This document shows positions 1-8,517 of a stretch of DNA of 36,499 nt, piece after piece. Both the position numbers and the translations under genes were made by a program. Source of the stretch: an uncultured Citrobacter sp. (GTDB taxonomy: Bacteria; Bacteroidota; Bacteroidia; Chitinophagales; Chitinophagaceae); the NCBI GenBank assembly GCA_964588445.1, contig CAZPPM010000017.1, forward strand, positions 1-36,499. Reading direction: 5' to 3'. The notes under the pieces were generated by a model. It did not search any database. It was not told the DNA's origin and was given only the letters and a program-made list of their open reading frames with translations. Every line of letters begins with the position of its first letter. The first letter of the stretch is position 1.

Positions 1-132
1 TCTCCCCAGGATTGGACGGCTATAACAATTTCTTTGAGCAAAATTTCTTCTTAAGCATTAAAACTGCTCAAATGTAAAAAAATATTTTTCCCGAATGAGC
101 GCTAATTTTGCTTTTCACTTGTAGCGCTATCA

Positions 133-747
133 ATGAAAAAGCTTTCAGAAAATTTTTATCGGCGAAAAAACGTATTGCAAGTTGCGGAAGAGTTATTAGG
201 AAAAATAATAGTTACGCAATGGGATACGATTATAACAGCCGGACGTATTGTGGAATGCGAAGCGTATGCGGGTGCATTGGACAAAGCATCACATGCAGCC
301 GGAGGAAAACGTACTAAAAGGAATGAAATAATGTATGCCGATGGAGGTGTTTCCTATGTATATCTGTGCTATGGTATTCATCATTTATTTAATGTGGTTA
401 CCCACCAAAAAGACATCCCGCATGCTGTATTAATTCGCGCTATTGAACCCACTGCCGGTATTGATGAAATGTTGCGAAGAACCGGTAAGAAAAAAGTAGA
501 TTATACAATAACAAAAGGCCCCGGCAATCTCTCAAAAGCCTTAGGTATCACTACGAATCATACCGCTATTTCCTTACAAAACCAGGAACTTTACCTCGCT
601 GATGATGGTCATCGGTATCTAAGAACAGATATTGGCGTATCTCCTCGCATTGGAGTAGACTATGCCGGTGAGGATGCGTTACTTCCTTATCGATTTTATA
701 TAAAAAACAATCCCTATGTAAGTGGTAAACTGTCACTAACAAAGTAA
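133..747 (+). CDS. DNA-3-methyladenine glycosylase (Mpg/AAG family)
   Basis: 204-aa ORF. The block GRIVECEAYAG..DKASHAAGGKRTKRNEIMYADGGVSYVYLCYGIHHLFNVV matches the conserved core of bacterial 3-methyladenine DNA glycosylases. Confidence 0.8.
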   Translation: MKKLSENFYRRKNVLQVAEELLGKIIVTQWDTIITAGRIVECEAYAGALDKASHAAGGKRTKRNEIMYADGGVSYVYLCYGIHHLFNVVTHQKDIPHAVLIRAIEPTAGIDEMLRRTGKKKVDYTITKGPGNLSKALGITTNHTAISLQNQELYLADDGHRYLRTDIGVSPRIGVDYAGEDALLPYRFYIKNNPYVSGKLSLTK

Positions 748-770
748 CGCTGCACGAAAAAACAACACCA

Positions 771-1784
771 TTAAAACTTAGGGCAATTCAGCTTTTTTGT
801 ATTGGGGTCTACATGACGGCGTATATAGATAAGCGAAACTTCTACACCGCCTCTTGAATTAGACGCTGTACGTAATGCAGATGTGTTTACATCATAAGAG
901 GCTCCTATACGAAATTCAGAAAACTCCAGTCCTACATAAGGAATGAGTGCATCTTTCCAGCGATACCAGCTACCTAAATATAAGTTGGTAGGAATTTCTT
1001 CATCATTATTTACATTCAAACAAAATGCACCACCTAGCATAGTATTCTGTGCTTTGGCCTGCATACTGTGATTAGCGGCAAGATGTATGGAATTATAAGT
1101 ACCCACTGGAATTTTTCCACCCGCTTGTATCGTAGTACGGGCACTTAAAATATAATCACCTCCTTGAAAGCTTTCCTTGGGACGGTTAACATGATACATA
1201 GAAGCACCGAGGTAAAAATTATTATAGCCATCGGTAGTACCATTATAGAATAGCCCGGTATTAAGATCAAAATAGTTCACATTGACCCTATCGTTGCTAA
1301 ATACTTCCTGCGTTACTCCGGTAAAACCAAAAGGCGTCAACTGATCCTGAAATTTCAGGTTCATAGTATTTAGTCGCTTATTGACGTAGGTGCCCTGAAA
1401 TCCTGCCCCCAATTGATGATAACCATTCTCATCGAGGGCTTTATGATAAGCAAGAGATACTCCTAAATAATTATTTAGCAAAGCTCCATCACCTGCCCTA
1501 TCAGTAAACCCCATTACACCAATGCCAAACTGATCATTTTCCGGTAACCTGTTTTTCATGATACCCATATCAAACGATACGGTAGAAGTAATGTAAGCAT
1601 TGCTGATGGTAGGCCATTGATTACGGTAATTGCCCGCAACCCTATAATCGCCGTCAAACTTGCCCGTCAAAGCAGGGTTAAGCGTCACCGGAGAAGCAAA
1701 AAACTGGGAAAAATTAGGATCCTGCGCTTTCGATATCATGAAAACCACAATGCTTAACAACAGGGTAAAACACTTTTTTTTCAT
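771..1784 (-). CDS. PorP/SprF-family type IX secretion system membrane protein
   Basis: ORF 771..1793 trimmed to the ATG at 1784, which gives a clean signal peptide MKKKCFTLLLSIVVFMISKAQ. The mature N-terminus QDPNFSQFFASPVTLNPALTG...YRNQW is the PorP/SprF signature, and the rest is a beta-rich outer-membrane-like sequence. The TTG at 1793 is an alternative start. Confidence 0.8.
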   Translation of the reverse strand: MKKKCFTLLLSIVVFMISKAQDPNFSQFFASPVTLNPALTGKFDGDYRVAGNYRNQWPTISNAYITSTVSFDMGIMKNRLPENDQFGIGVMGFTDRAGDGALLNNYLGVSLAYHKALDENGYHQLGAGFQGTYVNKRLNTMNLKFQDQLTPFGFTGVTQEVFSNDRVNVNYFDLNTGLFYNGTTDGYNNFYLGASMYHVNRPKESFQGGDYILSARTTIQAGGKIPVGTYNSIHLAANHSMQAKAQNTMLGGAFCLNVNNDEEIPTNLYLGSWYRWKDALIPYVGLEFSEFRIGASYDVNTSALRTASNSRGGVEVSLIYIRRHVDPNTKKLNCPKF

Positions 1785-1910
1785 TAGTAGCAATTAGTTT
1801 TTTGCTCAAAAAGCTTTTAGTTCTTAAAAAACGCTCTAGCAGCGTATAAATTGCCCATTTATTCATTTACGGGGCAGTCAATTTACATTAAAACAATGAC
1901 TTTGCCACCT

Positions 1911-1946
1911 TAAAAATCGCTGCACCGGCATCGGTTTTAGCAGCAC
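1911..1946 (-). terminator. possible rho-independent terminator after upp
   Basis: On the - strand, gcugc-(uaaa)-accg-augc-cggu-gcagc followed by gAUUUUU, beginning 2 nt after the upp stop. The stem is interrupted by a 4-nt bulge. Confidence 0.4.
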
Positions 1947-1947
1947 A

Positions 1948-2598
1948 TTACATCTGCACTTTTACGCCAAACGCCAAATCACCGGCATCACCCAGCCCGG
2001 GAACGATATATCCCTTGGCCGTCAACTCATCATCAATATCTCCACACCAAATGGTTACGGAGGGCTCTTCCCTTTTTACATATTCTATACCAACTGTGCA
2101 AGCAATGGCCGCTACAATGTGTAATTTTTTAGGACGCCCCTCTTCTCGCAAAAATTGTATGGTTTTTACTAAGGAAGAGCCCGTAGCAAGCATAGGATCA
2201 GAGATAATAATCACCCTGTCTTCCAGCTCGGGGCAGGAAATATAATCAAGGCTTATTTCAAAGCTACCGTCCTTACGGTGCTTGCGATAAGCCGATATAA
2301 AAGCATTATCAGCCTGGTCAAAATAATTGAGCAGCCCTTGATGAAGCGGTAAGCCCGCCCGTAAAATAGTTGCGAGTACAGGTTGCTCTTTCAATAATTT
2401 AGAAACATGAATACCTAAGGGTGTTTGTATGTCTTTTTCTTCAAACTCCAGATCTTTACTTATCTCGTAAGCCGCCACTTCTCCTATTCTTTCCAAATTT
2501 CTACGAAAACGCATGCGATCCGTTTGAACATTTACATTACGTAGTTCACTCACCCAGTTACTTACAAGGCTATGCTGCTCACTTAAATTTATTATCAT
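1948..2598 (-). CDS. upp: uracil phosphoribosyltransferase
   Basis: 216 aa with ILRAGL, IISDPMLATGSS (PRPP-binding) and YIVPGLGDAGD (C-terminal uracil-binding), the hallmarks of UPRTase. Confidence 0.9.
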   Translation of the reverse strand: MIINLSEQHSLVSNWVSELRNVNVQTDRMRFRRNLERIGEVAAYEISKDLEFEEKDIQTPLGIHVSKLLKEQPVLATILRAGLPLHQGLLNYFDQADNAFISAYRKHRKDGSFEISLDYISCPELEDRVIIISDPMLATGSSLVKTIQFLREEGRPKKLHIVAAIACTVGIEYVKREEPSVTIWCGDIDDELTAKGYIVPGLGDAGDLAFGVKVQM

Positions 2599-2720
2599 AA
2601 CAGTATTTTGTCCGGCTCAAGATAACGACCATTGCTTAATAAATAGGCCTACTGCTACATTAATTATTTAGGCCAATTTTTTATCAGTTATTTTTGGCAA
2701 ATCTAAACTAAAGAATCGTT

Positions 2721-3812
2721 ATGGTTTACCGGGTTATAGGGTTAATGAGTGGTAGCTCACTAGATGGATTGGATATTGTTTTTACAGAAATAGAAGAAAA
2801 TGGCGGAAAATGGAAATACCAGATTACTACAGCCGACTGTATCCCTTATACACCTGAGTGGACCAAACGACTACAAAATGCAACCAGCTTGTATGCATAT
2901 GATTATATGTTGCTGCATGCTGACTATGGCCACTATATTGGCGAGCAGGTAAACGCTTTTATTGAAAAAAACAGCCTGCACTATAAAGTAGGATTGATAG
3001 CCTCACACGGCCACACTACTTTCCACAGTCCTACACAAAAAATGACAGCACAGCTAGGTGATGGAGCCGCTATTGCTGCCGTTACAAAGCTACCCGTGGT
3101 AGCAGATCTTAGAGCCATGGATGTAGCCCTTGGCGGGCAAGGTGCGCCGATTGTACCCATTGGCGAAAAATTGCTTTTTAGCGAGTATGACTTTTTTCTA
3201 AACATTGGCGGCATTGCCAATATCTCTAAAAATGACGAACAGTATATTGCTTTTGATGTATGCCCGGCCAACAGAGTATTGAATATGCTCGCTGCAGAAT
3301 TAGGCCATGCCTTTGACGCAGGGGGTGAGCTGGCTGCTTCCGGTCAACTAAATCAGGAGCTATTAAACAAACTAAATACACTGGATTATTATAAAAAAGA
3401 ATATCCTAAATCGCTGGCCAATGATTTTGGCACTGATGTTATTTATCCGCTTATCAAGCGATTCAATATCGAGACCATTGATGCGCTCCGCACTTATACA
3501 GAACATATCGCTATACAAATAACAAATGCTATTGCCAGCATCCATACAACTACTGAAACAGAGAGAAAATTATTAATAACCGGCGGTGGAGCATTCAATC
3601 ACTTCTTGGTGGAACGTCTACAAACCCTGCTGCAACCCTTAAACATCAAAGCCATTGTACCTGAAGAAGAATTAGTGCTTTATAAAGAATCTCTTATTAT
3701 GGCATTGATTGCTATTCTTCGCTGGCGTGAAGAATCAAATACCATTTCCTCTGTAACTGGTGCAACTAGAAGTAGCGTAGGCGGTGCTTTATGGATGGGG
3801 CAGGCAGAGTAA
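2721..3812 (+). CDS. anmK: anhydro-N-acetylmuramic acid kinase
   Basis: 363 aa. N-terminus VIGLMSGSSLDGLDIVF and internal ADLRAMDVALGGQGAPIVP match the AnmK family (ASKHA fold). Confidence 0.88.
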   Translation: MVYRVIGLMSGSSLDGLDIVFTEIEENGGKWKYQITTADCIPYTPEWTKRLQNATSLYAYDYMLLHADYGHYIGEQVNAFIEKNSLHYKVGLIASHGHTTFHSPTQKMTAQLGDGAAIAAVTKLPVVADLRAMDVALGGQGAPIVPIGEKLLFSEYDFFLNIGGIANISKNDEQYIAFDVCPANRVLNMLAAELGHAFDAGGELAASGQLNQELLNKLNTLDYYKKEYPKSLANDFGTDVIYPLIKRFNIETIDALRTYTEHIAIQITNAIASIHTTTETERKLLITGGGAFNHFLVERLQTLLQPLNIKAIVPEEELVLYKESLIMALIAILRWREESNTISSVTGATRSSVGGALWMGQAE

Positions 3813-3851
3813 AACGTTACGCCCAACCGGTTTATATTGTACCTTGCCGCC

Positions 3852-5453
3852 ATGAAAAAACTCCTACTTATCCTGATAGCAACTGCCTATTTGCTACCAG
3901 CCTGTAAAAACGAGCAAAAAAAATTTGTAGTACAGCCCCGTGACGAAACTATCTCTCACAGCAATGCATACAATAGTCTTTTCTTTGATAGTACGGCCAT
4001 GGAATCATTCTTTGCGACAAATGCTATAGATGATACACTGGCCGAGCGAATGAAGAGCTTTTACAATAGCCGTAACTATCAGTTTGCCTGGTTTGACAGC
4101 ACAGGCCTTGCAGAATACGCCGCCAGCTTTTTGAATATGCAGGATCAGTATATGTCTTATGCAATGGATAGCACACTACACAATCCCTATTTTCAACTAC
4201 TGCAAGATTCTTTACTGCATGACTCAGTTTACTTCAAAAAAAATCCTGCAGAACAATTAAAAACCGAGCTGGAATTAACCAAAGGTTTTTTCCGCTATGC
4301 CTTAAATGCTTACCAAGGTGATAGTACGATCAATGCGCAAGACCTGGGATGGTTTATTCCCCGAAAAAAAATAAATATGAACGCTTTGTTGGATTCTTTA
4401 ATCATCCATAAGGGCGAAGATGCACAATCGTACGAACCAGTAGGCAGACAGTACGGCTTGTTGAGAACACAATTATTGAAGTACTACATTTACGAAAAAA
4501 GCGGCGGCTGGGATAGTATTCATTTGGATAAAAAATTTTATAAAATAGGCGATAGCTCTGCTACTATTCTTAAAATAAAAGAACGACTTTTCTTTACAAA
4601 TGATTTAGCTGTTAAAGACACCACCCCTTTATTCGACACTACGCTACAACAGGCTATCCGTCATTTTCAAAAACGGTATGGCTTAAAAGAAGATGGCGCT
4701 ATCGGCGCAGGTTTTATGAAAGAATTGAACCGCCCTATCAAAGAACGCATACGCCAACTATTAATCAATATGGAACGTATGCGCTGGGTGCCGGATAATT
4801 TGCCTGATGATTACCTTTTGGTAAATATTCCAGCTTACAAACTGTTTGTGTACGAAGGAGGAAAACTGGACTGGTCAATGAATGTAGTAGTGGGAGCTGT
4901 TGCGCATAGTACGGTTATCTTTCGCGGTGATATGAAATATATTGTTTTCAGCCCGTACTGGAATGTACCGCCAGGTATTTTAAAAAATGAAGTGCTGCCT
5001 GGTATCAAGCGTAATAGTAATTATCTGGCCCGCCACAATATGGAGTGGAATAATGGTTCCGTACGGCAAAAACCCGGACCGTCTAATTCCTTAGGTTTGG
5101 TAAAATTCCTTTTCCCCAACAGCTATAATATTTACTTGCACGATACCCCTTCCAAAAGTTTATTTGGAGAAGCTAACAGAGCTTTTAGTCATGGTTGTAT
5201 ACGACTCGCCGAACCACAGAAACTAGCCGAATATCTATTAAGAAAAGACAGTATTACCTGGTCAACAGAAAATATTGTAAAAGCCATGAAAGGCGGCAAA
5301 GAAAAATGGGTAACACTTTCACCCACCGTTCCTGTTTTCATTGGCTATTTTACTGCGTGGGTCGACTCGGAAGGAGAGCTTAATTTCCGCGACGATATTT
5401 ATGGTCACGACAAGAAAATGGCTGCTAAAATGTTTGATACGGCTAAAAAATAA
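3852..5453 (+). CDS. L,D-transpeptidase family lipoprotein with a peptidoglycan-binding domain (YcbB/LdtD-like)
   Basis: ORF 3837..5453 trimmed to MKKLLLILIATAYLLPAC (lipobox LPAC). It has a PG_binding-like block (IRHFQKRYGLKEDGAIG) and a YkuD catalytic motif LHDTPSKSLFGEANRAFSHGCIRL containing the catalytic Cys. Confidence 0.8.
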   Translation: MKKLLLILIATAYLLPACKNEQKKFVVQPRDETISHSNAYNSLFFDSTAMESFFATNAIDDTLAERMKSFYNSRNYQFAWFDSTGLAEYAASFLNMQDQYMSYAMDSTLHNPYFQLLQDSLLHDSVYFKKNPAEQLKTELELTKGFFRYALNAYQGDSTINAQDLGWFIPRKKINMNALLDSLIIHKGEDAQSYEPVGRQYGLLRTQLLKYYIYEKSGGWDSIHLDKKFYKIGDSSATILKIKERLFFTNDLAVKDTTPLFDTTLQQAIRHFQKRYGLKEDGAIGAGFMKELNRPIKERIRQLLINMERMRWVPDNLPDDYLLVNIPAYKLFVYEGGKLDWSMNVVVGAVAHSTVIFRGDMKYIVFSPYWNVPPGILKNEVLPGIKRNSNYLARHNMEWNNGSVRQKPGPSNSLGLVKFLFPNSYNIYLHDTPSKSLFGEANRAFSHGCIRLAEPQKLAEYLLRKDSITWSTENIVKAMKGGKEKWVTLSPTVPVFIGYFTAWVDSEGELNFRDDIYGHDKKMAAKMFDTAKK

Positions 5454-5488
5454 TACTTCATACTACATTTGCCCTTTAATAAAAACCA

Positions 5489-6652
5489 ATGCAATTAATC
5501 GAGGTTAACGACATTGCTGCTGCCAAAGCTTTTCTGGAAGTCAATAAATTGGTTAACAGCAATAACCCCAATTATATTCAGCCGCTAGACAAAGATATTA
5601 ATGGTGTTTTTGATAAAAACACAAATAAACTATTTCGTACGGGTGAAGCTACCCGCTGGATACTAAAAGATAAAGACGGAAAACTCATTGGAAGAATCGC
5701 CGCTTTTGTCAATAAAAAATACAAAAACAAAGGCGATACAGGGCCGGCAGGTGGTATTGGTTTTTTTGATTGCATCAACAATCAACAAGCTGCTGATACC
5801 CTTTTTGATGTAGCCAAACATTGGTTGCTACAAAGAGGCATGGAAACAATGGACGGGCCTATCAACTTTGGAGAGAGGGACCGCTGGTGGGGTTTATTGG
5901 TAGAAGGATTTGAGCCGCCACTTTATTGCTTGAATTACAATCCGCCCTATTATCAAGCGCTCTTTGAAAACTATGGCTTCCGGGGCTTTTACAACCAGAT
6001 TTGTTTTGGGCTTGACGTAGCTGCCAAACTGCAACCCAAGTTTTATGCACGACATCAAGAATGTGCCAGAAACCCCGACCTCACAGTCAGGCATATCAAG
6101 AAAGATCAATTGGAGAAATTTGCCGCAGACTTTACCACTGTTTATAATAAAGCGTGGGCGGGGCATGGTGGTTTAAAACAAATGGAATACAAAGCCGTGT
6201 TGAAAATGTTTAACAGCATGAAACCAGTGATGGACGAAAAAGTTTGCTGGTTTGTGTATGATAAACAAGAACCTATTGCCATCTGGCTCAATATACCCGA
6301 TCTCAATCAATGGTTTAAATACCTTAATGGCAAGTTTGATTTATGGCACAAATTGAAATTTTTGTGGTACAAAAAAACTAAGCGCTGCAATAAATTTGTA
6401 GGCCTTATTTTCGGTGTAGTGCCGGAATGGCAGGGAAAAGGTATTGACAGCTTTATGATAGTAGAAGGCTCCAAGATAATACAGCCTAAACCATTATATG
6501 ATAAATACGAAATGCTCTGGATTGGGGAATTTAATCCCAAAATGATCAACGTTGCCGAAAGTTTGGGTACTTACAGAAGTCGTAAACTCATTACCTTCCG
6601 CTATTTATTTGACCAAACAAAAGAATTTGTCCCGCATCCCACTTTATCCTAG
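5489..6652 (+). CDS. hypothetical protein, possibly a GNAT-fold acyltransferase-like protein
   Basis: 387-aa ORF with no internal stops and good codon periodicity. I recall homologues in Bacteroidota annotated as GNAT-family proteins, but I cannot confirm that from motifs alone. Confidence 0.5.
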   Translation: MQLIEVNDIAAAKAFLEVNKLVNSNNPNYIQPLDKDINGVFDKNTNKLFRTGEATRWILKDKDGKLIGRIAAFVNKKYKNKGDTGPAGGIGFFDCINNQQAADTLFDVAKHWLLQRGMETMDGPINFGERDRWWGLLVEGFEPPLYCLNYNPPYYQALFENYGFRGFYNQICFGLDVAAKLQPKFYARHQECARNPDLTVRHIKKDQLEKFAADFTTVYNKAWAGHGGLKQMEYKAVLKMFNSMKPVMDEKVCWFVYDKQEPIAIWLNIPDLNQWFKYLNGKFDLWHKLKFLWYKKTKRCNKFVGLIFGVVPEWQGKGIDSFMIVEGSKIIQPKPLYDKYEMLWIGEFNPKMINVAESLGTYRSRKLITFRYLFDQTKEFVPHPTLS

Positions 6653-6726
6653 CAGCCCTACTGATTTTTCATTTTTCCGGATACCGTTTCTTAACTTGCA
6701 GGTTCGAAAAACAAGGATAGGAGGAT

Positions 6727-8517
6727 ATGGACAAGTTTATTGTATCTGCAAGAAAATATCGGCCACAATTATTCGATACGGTGGTAGGTCAATCGCATAT
6801 AACCACCACATTAAAAAATGCGATTAAGAACGACCAACTCGCTCACGCATTTCTTTTCTGCGGACCGCGGGGGGTAGGAAAAACAACCTGTGCCCGTATC
6901 CTTGCAAAGACGATTAACTGCGAAAAGAAAACCAAAGAAGGCGAAGCCTGTAATACCTGCAACTCCTGTATTTCGTTTAACGAAGGCACTTCTTTGAATA
7001 TACATGAGCTGGATGCTGCCAGTAACAACTCAGTAGATGATATTCGTACCCTTGTGGAGCAGGTACGCTTTGCTCCACAGGCCGGCAACTACAAAGTGTA
7101 TATCATTGATGAGGTACACATGCTCAGTACTTCGGCATTTAATGCTTTCTTAAAAACGCTGGAAGAGCCGCCTTCCTATGCCATTTTCATATTGGCCACT
7201 ACGGAAAAACACAAAATACTTCCTACGATCCTAAGTCGTTGCCAGATTTTTGATTTCAAACGAATCACTACCAATGATACCGTAGAACACTTACAGGAAA
7301 TATGTGAGAAAGAAGAGGTGAAAGCTGATAAAGCCGCCTTACAGGTAATCGCTCAGAAAAGCGAAGGATGTATGCGGGATGCGCTTAGCATCATGGATAA
7401 AATTGTAAGCTTTAGCAGCGGCGAACTCAATTATACCAATACACTGGAACACCTGAATATACTGGATGCTGATTATTACTTCCAGCTACTGGATTGTATG
7501 CTTCAGCAGAATCTTGCCGAAGCAATGTTGCTGTATGACAATATCAATAGAAAAGGATTTGAAGGCGACTTGGTACTAAACGGTTTTGCTGAATTTATCC
7601 GAAATCTTTTGGTGTGCAAAGACGAGAAAGCGGCTTCACTATTGGAAGCTGTAGAAAGTTTTAAAGATCGCTATATAACGACAGCACAAAAAGTGGCTGC
7701 CTCTTTACTGATAAGTGCACTGAATATCTTAAACGAAGCAGAAATAAATTACAAAGCAGCCCGCAACAAGCGATTGCATGTAGAGCTAACATTAATCAAG
7801 CTATGCTACCTGCAACAAGCAATAGAACTCACCGCAGACAATAGCATTGTAAGTAAAAAAAAACGAATTGACGGAATAAGACCTGTCAACTACAGAAGTA
7901 TAACGCCTGTAGAAGTTACTCCGCAAAAATCTGTAGAAAGAAGAATCCATACTGAAGCCAAACTAACGATAGAAACACCCACAGTAGCGCCTACTGTAGC
8001 AAAAACAGAGATTCAAACAGCTACTGTAATCACAGAAAATACAACTACGGCAGAGAAACCAGTCAAGCTCTCGGCACTGGATCAAATCAGGAAAAAATAT
8101 CGTAGCAAAGTCAGCAATACAGAGGCAGCAACTAATATACCGCTGGAGGCAGCAACTCTGCAGGAAGCCTGGAACGATTATATTCAGATTTTAAAAGAAG
8201 GCGAAAGTCGGGCAGGTATTGATGCCTTTGAATTAGCCAAACTGGAAATCAAAGACAGTAATTCTTTTGAAGTAATGACAGCCAACAATATTGAAAAACA
8301 GTTTATCGAACAAAAAAGAAATGATCTGTTTCTGTTTCTGCACAAAAAATTACAAAACAAGTTACTTCAATTTGCTGTTTCTGTTTCTGATCAACCTACT
8401 CGGCATGCTGATGTAGACTTACCGCTCTCTTCTACAGAGCAGTTTATCAAACTGGCAGAAAAGTACCCGCTGGTAAAGGAGTTAAAAGAACGGTTAAAAC
8501 TGGACTTGGATTATTAA
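6727..8517 (+). CDS. dnaX: DNA polymerase III subunit gamma/tau
   Basis: 596 aa. Walker A FLFCGPRGVGKTTCARILAKTINC, a Zn-module CNTCNSC, DEVHMLS (Walker B/DExx) and sensor-2 SRCQIFDFKR are present. The C-terminal low-complexity tau-specific region follows. Confidence 0.9.
   Translation: MDKFIVSARKYRPQLFDTVVGQSHITTTLKNAIKNDQLAHAFLFCGPRGVGKTTCARILAKTINCEKKTKEGEACNTCNSCISFNEGTSLNIHELDAASNNSVDDIRTLVEQVRFAPQAGNYKVYIIDEVHMLSTSAFNAFLKTLEEPPSYAIFILATTEKHKILPTILSRCQIFDFKRITTNDTVEHLQEICEKEEVKADKAALQVIAQKSEGCMRDALSIMDKIVSFSSGELNYTNTLEHLNILDADYYFQLLDCMLQQNLAEAMLLYDNINRKGFEGDLVLNGFAEFIRNLLVCKDEKAASLLEAVESFKDRYITTAQKVAASLLISALNILNEAEINYKAARNKRLHVELTLIKLCYLQQAIELTADNSIVSKKKRIDGIRPVNYRSITPVEVTPQKSVERRIHTEAKLTIETPTVAPTVAKTEIQTATVITENTTTAEKPVKLSALDQIRKKYRSKVSNTEAATNIPLEAATLQEAWNDYIQILKEGESRAGIDAFELAKLEIKDSNSFEVMTANNIEKQFIEQKRNDLFLFLHKKLQNKLLQFAVSVSDQPTRHADVDLPLSSTEQFIKLAEKYPLVKELKERLKLDLDY

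Noticed and set aside
1-54. Possible 3' end of a + strand gene running off the left edge, with a stop in frame 1 at 52-54 or in frame 3 at about 73-75.
   Set aside because: The fragment is too short to recognise a family or to choose between the frames.
1774-1781. A8/T8 tracts right after the start codons of the PorP/SprF gene (1774-1781), the EnvC-like gene (33192-33199) and the anti-sigma gene (29424-29431), considered as phase-variation tracts.
   Set aside because: They simply encode the common MKKK n-region of signal peptides or N-termini, and the tracts are 8 nt. Without population data there is no support for slipped-strand switching.
2981-3271. Numerous 60-130-aa ORFs on the opposite strand of, or out of frame within, confidently assigned genes. 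Examples are 2015..2245, 2981..3271, 5578..6549, 8977..10469, 10904..11638, 16237..16920, 22883..23409, 23822..24106, 25007..25318 and 32370..32663.
   Set aside because: They are shadow ORFs inside genes with strong family signatures. Their translations are low-complexity or Cys/Ser-rich with no motifs or export signals.
6719-6724. AGGAGG immediately upstream of the dnaX ATG, looking like a Shine-Dalgarno sequence.
   Set aside because: The spacing to the ATG is only 2 nt, too short to function. Bacteroidota generally do not rely on Shine-Dalgarno pairing, so this is probably coincidental.
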